Shown here one piece after another: positions 48,501-63,300 of a DNA stretch of 64,000 nt; within the stretch, counting starts at the first letter, position 1, and every line of letters begins with the position of its first letter. Both the position numbers and the translations under genes were made by a program. Origin of the DNA: Takakia lepidozioides. Taxonomy: Eukaryota > Plantae > Bryophyta. Location of the stretch: positions 75,826,001 through 75,890,000 of the forward strand of contig CM060733.1 in the NCBI GenBank assembly GCA_030704615.1. The letters are read 5' to 3'. The notes below the pieces were generated by a model. That model saw nothing but the letters and a program-made list of their open reading frames with translations, made no database searches and was not told the origin of the DNA.

Positions 48501-50180
48501 GTTTATATCACTCAAAGAAAAATCTGACAACCTGAATTTGCTGCACATGGTCCACCATCACTGAATTGGCCCAAGTCTTCCTCCTCTACACATATAGCTC
48601 TTCAGTCAAGTTCAATCAAGGACCTGATCAATCTTAACTGCTGTTGCTAGATGTTCATCCATAACATCACCTAAACTTAAGATTGAAGTAGAATCTTCCT
48701 AGACTCGTAACACAACAATGAATTCACCAAATTAAAGTGATGAGCTTCGGACAGAACAGTAGTACAGACTTCTCGAAGAGCATCAAATTACGGAAGTGTC
48801 AAACACGCAGAGTTTCTGGATCTTAGAGTTGTCAAAGTTACTAGAGATAAGCATCCAATCTGAACATGTGCGAAGACTTACAATGATAGTCGCAATAGAA
48901 GAGCAGTATGTTTGTTGAAAATGGAAGCACCAACGCAGCAAAAATCTCAGGGGCGATCGCCGTGTGGGACTGGGGGGTGTCACATTCCCTCTAGAAGACC
49001 CGTCAGTGACCGGCCGTCGGCTAAGTTCATTTGCAAGAACCTCTGCCCTACGGCGGACATCAGACTCATCCTCACTAAGCTCCAGAGACCCTCCAACTGT
49101 CCTCCTTTTCCGAATGCCAGCAGGAGGACCGCTGTCAAGGTTTTTCACGCCATCACCTTTCCTCTCCCCCAGTCTTGAAATGGAGGGCGAAAGCACAACA
49201 GGTTTGAGTCCAGAATTGACCCCGGAGCTACTGTCGGAAAGGCGTTGGTCATGTCCACCCCTGATCGGCCCATTTGGACGCTGAAATTGGCCTGATGTAT
49301 CCACACCTATTCGCTGAGTCTTTGTGGCTCGCATCGGAAGCTGATCACTTCCATCACTATCATACCTAGGTCGTGGCTTCCAAGCACTTCTAGCCTTCTG
49401 CAATTCATCCGTATTCTTCAATGATTTTGGGACGCCTGCCTCCACCCCTCTCACTTCTTCGCTTGGATAAACTTTCTGAGGATTTGGCCATGAGGCATCT
49501 CCCTTTCCATCGGGGCCTCCAGTGCCTTTTGATGGAGTACGCCTGGTGTTAATAGGTACTGCGCTGGTGTCAGAGGTGAAACCGAGGAACTGACTCCCAC
49601 ATATGACATTGCCAGTGTGAGAGGAAAAACAAGTTGTCCCATTGGTGGATCCCTTCGATATCACAGAGCTTTCAGGTGCACTTGGCTTGACGGCGAGAGT
49701 ATTTGGCAGAACATCTCTTCCCTGTTCTGTAAAACCCTGCACCTGCTTGCCATTACTTCTGCCAATTTTTCCAGTCTCTAATTCTAGTTTAGAATCCTGC
49801 TTTGCATCCATATCCTGATCGTCCTCAATCTCTTTGGCAATATGGTGTGTACTGCCATCTTTGATTCCAACATCTGCATTTAGTTCTTTGCTTCTCCCTT
49901 TTGTATCCCCTGATCCTACATTGTTCCGCTCAGTGTAAGTAGAAATTGGGGAGCTGTTTAAGCGCCTGACAATGGGGAGCAATGGACCAGGGAACACAGG
50001 AGTAGCTGCGTGGCCTCGTACACCTGAAGGAATCGACCGAGATCTTCTCAGCTGCTTGGCACCAGCACTGGAAAATATGGGTGGGGAATCACTCACAGGA
50101 CTCAAAGGATCGTTATGGCCCACAGCTGGCCTAACCACTGCAATCACAGGCTCTTCGGCTACGACATTGCTTTTCGGCAT
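42533..50180 (-). CDS. DMI1: Nuclear-envelope cation channel CASTOR/POLLUX/DMI1 (common symbiosis pathway), 12 coding exons
   Basis: Exons approx. 50180-48882, 48362-48294, 47953-47288, 46794-46612, 46315-46256, 46006-45803, 45361-45113, 44670-44572, 44333-44139, 43608-43516, 43180-42914, 42751-42533. Motifs: EVPLSKRLAYQVDV, filter WTYVADAGNHA, GGMLIFALMLGLVSDAISEKVDSLRKGKSEVIE, ICRSGSPL, SDARALRVVLSL, VAHDVIGRLMIQCARQPGLAQIWEDILGF, GWRRDIDDM, DSRSLATLLLIRDIQ, SDYVLSNELVSMALAMVAEDKQIN. Confidence 0.97.
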
Positions 50181-53100
50181 TCTCTGCAGGAGCAGCCCAT
50201 TCAGTACCCACTGACATATGAAACCATGAATTCCATTGCACTAACCATCAGTACATATTAAAATACACATATCAATGTGAGAGCATATACAGGAGACAGC
50301 CACAAAGATCAAAATATAGGCACCAGGACAAACATCAAGACGTCACTTGGAAGCAGAACCACTAAAAAGAGGCAGGAAACCAGAAAGAATGCTGTCTCAT
50401 TACTAGGACAGCACTGCATGGCTTCCAAGATGCCATTATTCTTGCTTCCGATCCCTACAACAATTGGATATTTATCAATGCCAAGGTATCAAAGTCTGAC
50501 CTCTTTAGCCTGCAAACCCGATCTGTGTCATTGAATGTCACATAATCCCAACCCTTAAAAAATCCTCCTTTCACAAGGGTGCAACTTTGAGGGTAACTTC
50601 ACATACTCTATCTTGCAAACCATACAGACAAAAGCCCATAGGGTAAAAAGCCTACGTACGCTTAAACCCCTAAAGTTATCAACATCCACTTCAGTTCATG
50701 AAAAAAACACTTTGTTTTGTCGTATTGCCCAAACATCAGACTAGGCAGTGACTACCCTCAGCACCAGCAAGCTTCGTGTAGCGTTTCAGACGTACTTAGG
50801 AGATAGAAGAGAGAACGTGATTACAGGCCAAGAGAATGTACTGCTGTAAGATTGAGTCTTCCAAAGGTGAATGGCACCTGTTGGTACCCACCAGATTCCT
50901 AATCCAAAAATTCACCAAGACGCGATTTCAAGTCATGACAGATGCTTCTAAAATTGCTCAGGGTCAATATATCAAGTGATACTCACAGGCCATGCCACTC
51001 CTCCAAGTCTTAACCCTGCAACCTTTCAATCCATAATCCAGAAAGCACACACAAACAAATGAAAGAGACACTGACCTCCACATGCTGCATTCCATTTAGA
51101 GTGTCATTGTAGTGGTAGCCAACTGGCACTCCTATAATCACGCCTACGCTGAGCCAGGCTCGCCATGCATGACTCTCAGCCCCATCTCAGCAGTTGGTGA
51201 CTGGCATCAACATCTTTCAGTTGACTCTCTCTCTATGTACCTGAAGTAACCACCAAGCATGCGACTCAGAACAGAAGGCAACATTGGAACTAACCCCTCA
51301 TCCTCCTCCCTTCACCAGAAACCCCTGACCCTTCCCTCTGACGCAAATTCAATGCATATGGACTCTGGGTGAATCAGAATCTCAGATGGAGAACGGTTAT
51401 AACCAAGCCCTACTTGTGCAATCTCATCCAACTCGGGCCAATTGCAAGTACATGGAAAGATATATGGGTGGAAGACCTCCACAACGTTGTCCCACCCAAA
51501 ATTCCTTCTGAAAATTCCGAATCATGCCACTAGAGATTCCCCAACGGGTAATAAATTGCTACATTACTCCAGGCAAAGCATTGGTACCCAAAGCAGCTAG
51601 CTACACGCTCACACTGACGGCTAAGCACTATGCATATTAATCCTGACCACATGACCATCGTTCAAAAGACTAGATGCCTTACGAGGCTTTGATTTAGCAG
51701 CCACAACTTATCAGCGTCGTTTCCCGAAATGATAGGGTCTCGCCGAGAGATCACATAACGACTCCTCGGCGCATGGCAAAGCCTGTGTGCATGGATAAAC
51801 CTGTCACCCGTGGGAGGGCAGAAATTCTACAGGGCTCTAGATCACTTTCGAGATGCACTAACTTCCTGAAGTGTAAACATTTAAAAACACTTTCAAACTT
51901 ACAAGGCGCCCCTACAATCTTATCCAGGACCTGTACCAAGGACACCCTCAGCGATGCCCAAACCAATCGTTTCATCCGTACGTTTTTATGGTGAAACTAG
52001 TAACAACAGAACATTTGTTTATTCACTTCTCTCATCAGCAATTCCCTTATTACTGCTCTTTCTTCCAGCTATGAGCTTGTTAGAAAGGCAGAAAGAACAA
52101 CTGATAATGAGAGATTGACCGAGGACGAAATCTCAGGAAAATCTGTACCCAATTTGAAGCCAATAAGACCCCAACTCCTTCTGTTCACCACAGATCTCAA
52201 CGTGATTCCAAAAACTAATACCCAGAACTGCAATACCCCCGCACACAAAACCTGCGAAGACATCAGCAACGAAAACATACCCGTGCAACAGAAGAACAAG
52301 GAACACCAAGGCAAGAGCCCACACCTTAGTTGACTTCAACCTGCCTTCCAGGCCAGGATTGTCCAGAACAAACACACCCCCGAATCACTGCCTGCCGCTG
52401 CATACTCAGATGTACCCAAGATTTTATTGCTCTCTTCAGCAACCCAACCGGATCAGACTAGTCAGCCAGACTCAGGCTGCACAACTCAAATTTCTCCAGA
52501 CCATCCCTGCACACTCGATGATCTGCAAAGGGTTCCCATTGCACCCGGCCCGCATTCCCTTGCCTTCCCATCAACCCCCGCCCAATTCCCGGGTCGCCCT
52601 CGGCCCCCCTCCTTGTTTCCTTTTTTTCTTCACGCAAAGCACTATTTCAGATTTTAACTCTTTTTAATTAAAAATAAAATAAAATCTTCTCTGCCTCTCG
52701 GATCTTTTCTGTACTTTCCCCGAATCTGACGTGTAATTACCTGCGGCTGATGCACTATGTGCCACCCTGGTGATTCAGGGTTCAAATCCTGCTACTCTGT
52801 CCTGTGGGTGTGAATAGTTTCGCGACCTGTTGGTCGGGGGTGATGTTTCCTCCTGTGTGCCAAATGGCTTATCTGAAAGGGGTTTAATTTTTCCCCCTTC
52901 TTGCTGGCCTGAATTGTGAGCAGTCTCTTCCAAGTTTCCTTGTAAGATTAAAAAACAAGTTGCAAACAGCGAGAGGCTCTGTCCGTTGAAGCAACAATTT
53001 TGACAAGTGGCCATGTGTTTATCCTTAAGAGCTTTTCTAGACCAATCATACTCTTGACACGGTGTAAGGTCCATTGACCACATTTTCTCCATGCAAAGTC

Positions 53101-53224
53101 TCTGCCCCCAAGGGACATAGCAAAAAAAAAAGTGCAATTTAAATATAAAATAGTTCGGCATTATTCATACTATAGCATATTTTTATCACCAAGAGAATGC
53201 TTCTCATTTAACAATAAAAGGGTC

Positions 53225-53630
53225 ATGAATGTCCGCGCGTGTGGCCGCGGCGGGGCCCGCGTGTGGCGGAGGGGTTGTGGAGGGTAGGAGCACCCGGACC
53301 CGGCTGGGTCTGCCGGGGCCACAAAACACATTAGCTAGTCTGCTGGGGCCACAATATGCACATAAAGCATTAGTTATTGCAAGGGATTGTAAAAATTGAC
53401 GGGTATTGTGGTGGTTAAGAGCAATGTACTATAAACACAAGGTGTAGTGTTTAAATCCTGATAGGTTGTATTGCGGCGGTTATATGTGTTATTAAATATA
53501 TATTTGGTCGAAGGGTTTGCCGGTCTGCTGGAGGGGGGGTCTGCCCGGTCTACTGGAGGGGTGCGGGTCTGCTGGAGGGTCTGCCACCTGTCTGCTAGAA
53601 GGTTGGAGACGGCCTGTTGGAGGGTTTGCC
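53225..53630. repeat. GC-rich degenerate repeat cluster (ggtctgc[c/t]gg units), probable non-autonomous transposon
   Basis: The motifs gggtctgccgggg, gtctgctggggcc, ggtctgctggagggg, ggtctactggagggg and gggtctgctggagggtctgcc recur; cgcgtgtggc occurs twice at 53237-53267. Confidence 0.5.
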
Positions 53631-54320
53631 CAGGCCGCCACGGTAGATGAACAAGGACTTACAAAAATTTCAGAATCTGGCCACCTCGGTGAATGGAAGG
53701 GCCGTCCTGGCGGGGCCCACCTGTGCATTCATGACCCTATTATTATAAAATGAGAGGCCCAGAGAATTATCCAACAAATCTTTGGAGTCTTTGTGGGAAG
53801 CACTCCGACTATGAGGAAATTGAGTTCGGCAGGAGTTCGGCAGGATTTGACAGTCCACATCCTTTCCGACTCTTCCATCGCACAAGAGGAAGAAGGCAAC
53901 TGAATCAGAACAGAACACACTACTGCATTTCCATAATCAAGAATAGGGAAGGCAACTGAAGAATTATCAGAGCCATTTTTGCTCTATGAAGTGATCACAG
54001 CTGAGACATCGGTGTGATGGATGTTAGTTGTTTACACTCTAGCTGTGTTTGAGAGTGGAAGGCCTTTGAGCACATTCACCCTGATTGCGTCTCGCAATAA
54101 TGCCATGCCACTGAGAACAATTCACCGAAGCTTCTGTACGAACTAAATTTTGGGCTTGTATACTATCATGAGACTCTTGGTCTGCAAATCAACTTGTTCC
54201 AACACCTCCAAACCCAGCACAGACAGACAGAAGCTGTCAGCCTTAACCGCCAAACGTTCCCAAGCGTGTCATCTAAAGGACAAGGACACTTATCGCACTT
54301 TTAAAAGTTACAAGCAAGGC

Positions 54321-57300
54321 TTAAAAGAGTCCTTGCATTATCTCGTCAAACCCATCATCACCAAATTCACCCCCTGAACCTTCATCGCCACTGCTAAACG
54401 CGCCCCTCGAAGGACCATCCTCCCCATCAGAAATTAGTTCAAGAATGCCTCCACCAAGCCCGTCGTCACTGCCCTCTTCATCAGTAGTGTCCGTGAAGTC
54501 TGCATCAGCATCATCATCTGCATCATCATCATCACCACTGCCATCCTCATCATCATTACTCACCAGGTCTATGTCCTCATCATCATGGAGCTCTCCATCC
54601 TCGTCATCTTCCTCCTCACCTTCACTGTCATCCTCCTCTTCAGTTTCCCCACCATCATCAGGGTCCGAGTCATCGTCAGTGGGGCGACGCCTGCCGACTT
54701 CATACAGCCTTGCAAAGGAGTCCATCTCATCATTTCCTTCCATTGCAACCACAGCAATAAAAGAATCTGTAGGTTCAGTGGCCAGATCAAGCACACAGCG
54801 GTCAACAGGAGTGGTGGCAATGTCAGAGTAGTCCACTGCATCCATGGTCCGGACAGCAGCAAACAACGGGTGGCGCACTCTTCGGGGATGAAGAGCTGCC
54901 ATTATATCATCAGAATTGCGACGAAGAGTTGCATAAATGACATCACCCGTGGCATTGAATGTAATGGCCGTCTGATCCAGTGAAGGGACACTCCGCAACA
55001 GCTTAAACGACCGCAAATCCCAAACCTCTGAGTTTATTATTACCTGCACCAATCAACAAACACCATCATTGCAGAAGCTACCAGTTTCCATGCTAGACCA
55101 GTACCGGCCAAAAAAATTAAGATTTCCACCCAATTTTTCCAACATGAGTGCAAGAAAATTAGATACACTGACAATTGCAATGCTAACAAGGGCATTAAGT
55201 GCAAGACAAGTTTAAAACATTGCAAGCCATACCTCGTTTCCTGCAGGATGGAAGGCTCCTCCGCCATAGTCGGTGAACTGGTCAAAGCGATGAATTGCCC
55301 GTGGTATACGATGATCCCATAGCACCCCACTCCAAAGCACCAATACATCATCAGGACTGAAGTGCACCATGGCCTGAGCATGACCACGGGGCAACCCCGT
55401 AGCCACGGTGGTGGAGCTGTCCGAGAGCCTCTGCTCCAGCTTACAGCTGCCAACATCGTATAGCAAGACCTCTTTTTGAGATGACTCCAGAGCAACTGCT
55501 CCAAATCTGCTGCCCGCATGGTTGAAGCGTGCAGCTCGACAGTCCTCAAAAACATACAAAGCTCCATTGCCCATAGCAGAAGAGTCCCAAAGCCTGACAT
55601 CATAATTTGCAGAGGAGAGTAGAAGCTGCCCTGTGCGTGAGTCTCCACTGGTTGCAAAATCACGGGGGGCAGACTGCAAGAGTGTGATTGGTGATGCATG
55701 ACCCAAATGCACTTCCAGGATATTACCTGTGCTTGAGTCAAACAGTCGGATGTCTCCAGCATGACTACCAGCAGCGAGACAGGAGGCATGACCCAAGAAG
55801 GTCGTGGCCGTGAGGAGCACAGCATCATCGCGGCATGTCCGCCATGGGCGGAATCGGCTGTACACAAAATGCCGGTCACGGCGGCGTCCATGCATGCCAC
55901 CATAAGGTGGGTAAGTTTGTCGCCCAGCAAGCCTTGCTGCTATGTTCAAGGGAGCATCTAATGCTCTACTGGGCTCGGGACATACATGAGGATGCAGCAG
56001 TGAAAGGGGAGGAAGAGTGGTGATAGGTGCTGGACATTGCCGATGCTGATGTTTCAAATACTGCACCACCAGAGAGTCAAGTGTCGCATGCTCAGTGCCA
56101 GAGGTGCGAGGCTCCAACAGCAAACCTGTGTTGGAAGGAAAATGTGAATGGACAGGAGTACTAAGATACTGATTATAAGGTGGGAATGGGGACTGCTGCA
56201 GATCAATGCCACTAAGACCTTCCTGTTGTGGAGGAGCGGTAAAATCATTCTTCTCAAACAAAACTTGTGGCCCAAGCAAGGATTTTCCAGGAGTGGATTC
56301 TTGCTGGGATGGAGTAAGGAAACTTGAGAGAGAAGGTGAAAAATTATCTACAGCTAAACTGCCCTTGAGGCAAGGGTTCGGGGTCACACAAGAGGATATA
56401 GCAATGGGTTCAGTCAACGCAATTCTTTTACTCGGAGAAAGGGGTGGCAGCTCCCGTTCACTGGCCTTGCGCTTAACAGAGAGACCTCGGAAAGGTAGGG
56501 GAGTCCTGAAGTCACTTTCTGAGGCACAGCTAGACTTCCCCATAGGAGAGCCATGAGGAGACTCATGAGCCTCGTTGCTTCGCACTGTTAGTAGCCGGCT
56601 CTCCTTGGCAACTAGAGACTTCTTTAAGGAGGCTGTTGGTAATCCCTTTGCACTTGCAGTCAAGGCAGCCGAAAATCCAGGTCTTCGGCGTGCCCCACTG
56701 TGAATGGGCTGATAGCTGCTTCCATCGTCTTCATCCCTGACCACCTGCTTTGAAGCTGCTCCAATGAAACCTCCAGAGACACGTCCAGCTGGCCATTGCA
56801 ATTCCTCTACCGTGGATTCTAATGAAGTAGACGGATATGCAAGAGAAGTGGGAGGTAGAGTGGATGGCAAGGGCTTCAATTGTGCCTCTCTTATCAGTGC
56901 TGAAGCAGCACTAGAGAGCCCTGAAGCCACTAAATGTTCATGTATCAGCTGCAATAACTCCCTGCATTCAACAACATGACCAAGATATCAGCAAGGAAGC
57001 TTACGAATGTGAACTAATATGCCAAAATGAAACACTTTCAATGCCCTGAAATGAATCACTATCATGAAGGATGAAGAGTACCGAGGGTGATAGCTTATGG
57101 GTGTAGCAGCTGCAATGGCAGCCCTCTCAATCCGCCGCAGAGTGGGAGCTGCTGCCTCACTTGCTGCTGCCGTGTTGGCACGTCCTGCATTCGTGACAAT
57201 CTGGACAAGCTCCCCATGTTAGTGATAAGTTGCTCCCACAGCTACGTACAAAGCTTCTCCAAAAACATAGCACACAGGCTAAATACGGATGCCAATGATA

Positions 57301-60300
57301 AGATCAACAAATACAGGTTGTACAGTGTCAATGAGATGATGGAGGTGTCAGAGCTTCCATGAAGTATCAGAAGAATCCAGGGTCTACTGAGAACCAAATC
57401 CTACTAGTATGCAGAAGAGGAATTTTCTGCAAATTTGTTGTTACACAAAAACCCACGAGTATGCAACAGACCCAAGAGGCAACTCATTGAAGACCAGCCT
57501 ACCGACGAGCAACCTGTCCTGCATGACCAGTCTGTCTTTCCAGCCCCATGACCTGACTGATCGATTTGAGTGCCGTGCTAACCCACTAAGTCTCAGTGTA
57601 GATCTTCCCAAATTCATCAGAACAACACTAGAGGCTGATTGAATTCAGGTCTAATTTCTGTAACTGCATTTTCTGGATCCACCATTCGAATAGGCTCTTA
57701 CTTCCACTACCACAAACCATCTAATCTACCTTATGCTCTGATACCAAATCTCACAGTCAAGTCACATTATAGTAAAAGAAACAGATCCTTAATGACCAAT
57801 GTATGAGCAGGTTAACCTCCCATCCTTGAATCCTCGTCCGACAACCTGCCAAGGAGTACTCTAGTTCATCTAGTATGCTATGCTCTTAGTCTTGCTTCTC
57901 AAGAACAAGCCTGTGGCTTCCTCCTCCAGGAAGTCACATCAGATCCTCCTTAGTACTCCCCAAGGATTCCCCCCCTTGCTCTGAGGATACCCCTTGGTAT
58001 TTGCTGCTTGCTATCCAAAGGCCTAACCCTGGCCTTTGCCCTTCTGACCGTTCACCTCCCCTTCGCTTAGTCATTAGTCTCTTCAAATTCTACTTATTCT
58101 ACTTCCAACCTTGCTTAGTCGCCGACCAAGTCTTGCTAATCTAATCCATGACAAAGATACTAAAAGAAAGAACCAGAACCAAACCACAAGATCCCCAAGA
58201 GAGAACAAACAATGTGGAGGATGCGTATGTTGGCTAATCTCGTCAACAACTGGGGTTCTTACAGCAATGAGCTCCAAAGCCACTCGGCTCAGCTCTGCTT
58301 GCCACCTGCCTTGCTCTCCACCAACACCTCCTGAACTTGCCTGACGTCCAGCCTGGCTCCCCCCATCTCGTAACAGCTCCGACAGCAGCTTCCCCACCTG
58401 CTACAGCCACACTCCCTTTACTAAAGATGCAAGAATGTGCGACTTTGACTCCCTTTCCATCCGATGTGGAGAAGTAAACTTTCTAGGGAAATTAGTTGAC
58501 ACATAACAAGAACTTGTAAGACAATCATGCAATCACCTTCCTCACGACATACACTTCTACCCATAAGACCCCGGCAAATTTCTTCCTTAGTAATGGCCAT
58601 AGTGGAGGTTGAACCATACTGAACCATACTGGTCACCTTTCATGGAGGTTGAGCTTGAGGCATCGGTACACACTGAATGTTTGCCCAGCATGCCACTGTG
58701 GGAATAATATTGGATCCAGACCAAGATTGGACCATCTGGGGTTCATCACTTGGTTGTAATTTCAAATATCACCAAAGGACAACACTAATAAAGCCCAAAA
58801 CATTCCCATGCTAAGTTTCATGCCTGAAGCTTTGTGAGGATGTGTGCAATGGTGTCATCACGAGCTAGGCCCAATAGAACACGACAAGCCAGGGCTCGAA
58901 TGCAGTCAAGAGCAGCTGGAGGCAGAACAGTGCGTGGATAAAGCAGATGGAGTAGCACTTTGATCCCATTGTTGGCACGCACTGCCTCCCGAGCATGGCG
59001 ATAGCCCTGTTCCATGTAAGCTGCCAGTCCTGGGCCCCCAGCCCCAGGCCCAAGTGATATTCGACGGTCTCCCACCACTGCCGCACCAGATGGACCTGTT
59101 GGAGTTCCTCCATTCCTGTCTACGTTAGCCTCTCCTCTGCCTGCCCAGGCCTTGCTTTCAGCATTGGCTGCTGCTGCCACGCTACTCGTGACCATTTGCA
59201 GGCCAATGCCCGTCGCAGTCTGGGTGGACAGTGGTGGTTGGCTTGCAACAGGAGTACTCGGCATTGGACGGCTGCACAGTGATGGAGGAGGGCAAACCAA
59301 ATTTACAAGCACCAGCAGTGCTGCCTGAATCACCTGTAACCATTCATGCATGCAAATGCAACATTACTACAGGACCCCGAACACTTCCATCTATACAAGT
59401 ACTGTACCTGCTACAAGAACAACTTGTCATACGTGCATAATCCTGTAAAGTCCAAATTTGGCAAACAAAAGTGGTTACAATGAGCAACTGCATACCTCTG
59501 GATCACCAAAGGCAGCTCCACTTGCAGCATCAAGAATAACTGCCATACCAGAACGCACATTGCTCAGTGTGGAGCCCACTACCACCCGACGCGTATACGG
59601 CATCAAGGTTACTATCTGCAGAACCCCCAGTGCATGCTGGGCAATCTCATGCAAGTACCTCTCTCCAGGTGCAGCCTGTGACATACAAAACAATCACAGT
59701 GAGAAAATCCTAGCACTAAAAACCCTTTTATTAAAGGGGACAGATGGCTTAGAGAGAGTTTTGAGAAATATCTTGGGAACTACCAGTCTCGTATAACACA
59801 ACCAGAACAAACCATCTTACCTGAGTAAGCTCAAGCAAGATGGTGTGACCACAATAGGTCATGAACTTTTCCAGAGGAGGCCAGCGGGCCCTAACAAAAG
59901 CAGGGCCCAGCTTCCGGTCACGCTGCAGCTGTAGGATAATGGTTTCCATTGCCTCGTTGCTTATGTCGATTGGCTTGTAGGTAGCCCTCCCACTTGTCCC
60001 ACTTCGTGATCCACCGCGGTGACCTCTATAGGGTCGCAGGGAGTCAACAAGCAGCAGAAGGTGAGCGCGAAAGTACTGCCGCAATGCAACACATGTATGA
60101 TAGGCGATCTGTTTCCCTGATGATGTCAACACCTCAGCTGCAGAACTACGGTCACTGCGGGAGCCTGCAGATGCTGCTGCTGTGCCAGGTGCACTTGACC
60201 CTCCCCCTGACCTCAACACTGCTGCATTGCGTAGCAGATTTAGAACCTTTCCCAATCCATCCTGAGTGTCAAAAGCATCTAGAACAGCTCGAAACACAAA

Positions 60301-63300
60301 AGATGCCCCAAAGAACAAGGCAGCATTCCTCCGAGCAGTATCTTGTGCACAGCCCAACAGCTGAATGGCAAGTGCAACGGTGTCTTGCACTACCAGAGAA
60401 GGTAATGTGCACACACGCTCCATTACACCCTGCCAGATAGTCAGATGGGTTAGTGTGTGGTTAGTGATTCCAAATCAACAAGTGAGAACTGGTAATTGCA
60501 GATCGGATAACATTCACAATTTGGAGCACTTTTTTGTTTGGGAAACACCCGCACAGAACGACAACACACAGCTGTATGCCAGTTCATTGGCATCAATATA
60601 TACCTGCAAAGAAGCGAAAGCAAACAGGCAGAGAGAAATGCCCGTAAGAGTTTGAGGCACTCTTGGTGTGGCAAGAAGTTGCTGGACACCACCCCTATCA
60701 ACGAGAAGAGCTGCAAACTTGCGATGTGCAGCCAGAGCACAGATCAGCTTCAACACATCAGACAGCATTGCCAGATCCTTGGCAGTACTTTCCTTTGGTC
60801 GGCGCTGGAGCAATGCAAGGCATACATCTACCCCTCTCTCATGTAACACAGGGCCCAATACTTCCAGATATTCCCCCATTTTTTCTAGACACTGCACACA
60901 GTAGCGCTCCCTTAGCGAGGCAATAGATTCCGCATCCATTGTGCACTCCGTCTTGTCTTCCAATTCACATACATGCTCCCTCCTTGCTACACTTTCCAGC
61001 ACGTTAGGCCTGTCTTCCATCCTATCACTTTGATCCCTGCATGAAAGCACCAAAAACAACACTTGAAAATAGGGAGCTTCCAACCTACTTCATTCAATCA
61101 GGCACTGAAAGGGATCTGCAACAAGTACAGTCTGAGAGCTTCATACTCTGTAAAAAAGCCCAACATACCTGATCACGTTTGTTGCCACTGCAGCATCCAC
61201 AACAGTTGCAGCTGCAGCGTTTGCAGCTGCCATTATTGCTTCTTCATCATTGGCAGTTCCAAATACCTGCACAGCATATCACTTGAGTGTTAGCGACTGA
61301 GACCAGAGACTGAGCCAAACTAATATAATCTGACAACTCTAACTGCGTCTTGTTCAATGCAACAACTTCTCAGAATGACTACGACTGTTCCATCAACAGT
61401 AGCAAATCATGTAAGCTTCTTGCCTCCATGGAATCAACTTACAATGCAAAATACCCAAGTTCCACATGAGACACTCGAGTTGAGTCAACCTAGGAATCAA
61501 GATATGACCCAGAGACAGACCTCCAAAGCCGCTGCCTTAACAAGATCAGCAGCCGCATCTCCGGCAGCTTTCACAGCCTCCCATGGCGCATTAGCCGTTC
61601 TTGCTTCAGCCTGGGCAGCATGTGCAGCCCTTCGTATCACCACTGATATATCAGCACTACCAACCATTACACTTTGAATCTCCTCTTTATCCGCTTCAAC
61701 CTCATCTTTTGCTCCCATGTCTTTCTGTGTGTCAGAGACACTCTCCAACCGCATACTACTTTTATCCTGTAATGATTTCCGACTTCTCAAGCTATCAACC
61801 AGATTGCCAGGACGTATAGGTGCTATTTGTGAAACTTGGGCTCGTTCAGCCTCCACAGCCCCATCACTGATCCTTCCCTTGTTTCTCCCTCTACCACCTC
61901 CCCGGTCCCGGATATCATTCCTTCGTTTTGATGGCTCTGCTCTAGTACCTTCTTCTATCTCATCATCTCGAAGAGGACGATTGTTGCCATACCAGTCTGC
62001 AGCTCTGCTCTTCCCATCTCGCCTCTCTTTCCTGCGTCGCTTATCTTCATTTACCCACTCATCAGCTTCCTCATCAGCATCATATGTACACAGGCTCAAC
62101 TCTGGAGGTTCAAGCCCACTCCGTCCCTCTATATTCTCACTCTCCTCTAAATGACCTTCTTCAAGATCCTTTCGCTTCCCTTTGATGTCAAGAACCCTCT
62201 CACCAGCCTTTTCTGTCAATTGGTCCTCAGAAGACTTCTCTGATCCCCAAACTTCTTCAAGTCGAGAGGCTTCTAATGGTAGCCTCACACGTCCCCGAGC
62301 TTCCTCCCTTCCCCTAGTACTGCTGGCTCCCATACTAGATCTATTTTCTCCATTTGCATCATAACCAACATCTCCAAGCACCCGGACTCGGAGGTAATGC
62401 ATGAGCTGTGCCACCATTCCTGTTGTTAGCACATCCTCCACCACGTCACCACTGCAAAAAAAAACCAACACCAGCAATATAACCACCTTAGTACATCCAA
62501 AGCTGGGCCAGGGTACTTTATCAGATAAATTGCAAAAGACTGCCACGTAAGTGACAGGTTGAGTAAGGTCTGTACCCTGCAAGAGCTACTGCCAGGAGTC
62601 CAGTTGCATAGGTCCTTAACATTTCACGATCTATTGCATCGGACAACATGATCCTCTTGTGGCCAGAATTGCGCACTGCCTTGCCACTTGCTCCTTCGCT
62701 ACCAGGTTTGGTCATATCCTCTATCACCCAACGTTTGATATTTGCTAAAACCTCATCCTCAAAAACATGTGGATACTGCAAACGCCACCATCAAAGTGAA
62801 TAAACTTATTCTCTGTCAAGAAAACTCCCATGCGCAATATCGTTATTCAAACTACAGTGCCAACTTCCTCTGATGGTGTACACTACACCAAATTCTCTTT
62901 CTGTTATCTCAATCCATTATGAGCTGCAAGCAGAGCAAGGCTTACCATCCAGCTGGAAACACATGCAAGGAGCAGTCTAGCTGCAGCCGCTCGAACATTT
63001 GTAGAATGTCCTGCTTCAACTAGTAACCTTGATGATAAAAGCTCAAAAAAATCATCATCCTCCTGCCACCCATCCATCCCCCCACATTAGTGCATGAACC
63101 CAGCAAGGTTGCCACTTGCCACCATCCACCAGTTGCTCTTGCTCCTGAATAATCCTACAAATATCCTCCAATAGGCATGCGGGGAGGTACTGGAGCGCTT
63201 TCAGAAAAAACGCCAGAGGAAACAGAACCAAAGGAAGAAGAAGCAGACATAGCAACCCAGTCTTAACATCACAGCAGTAGCTCTGGAAACAAAACATCCT

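Noticed and set aside
54445-54983. Ser-rich + strand ORFs and other ORFs overlapping DCAF1 and DMI1 exons
   Set aside because: These are antisense or alternative-frame shadows of the acidic tail and conserved exons.
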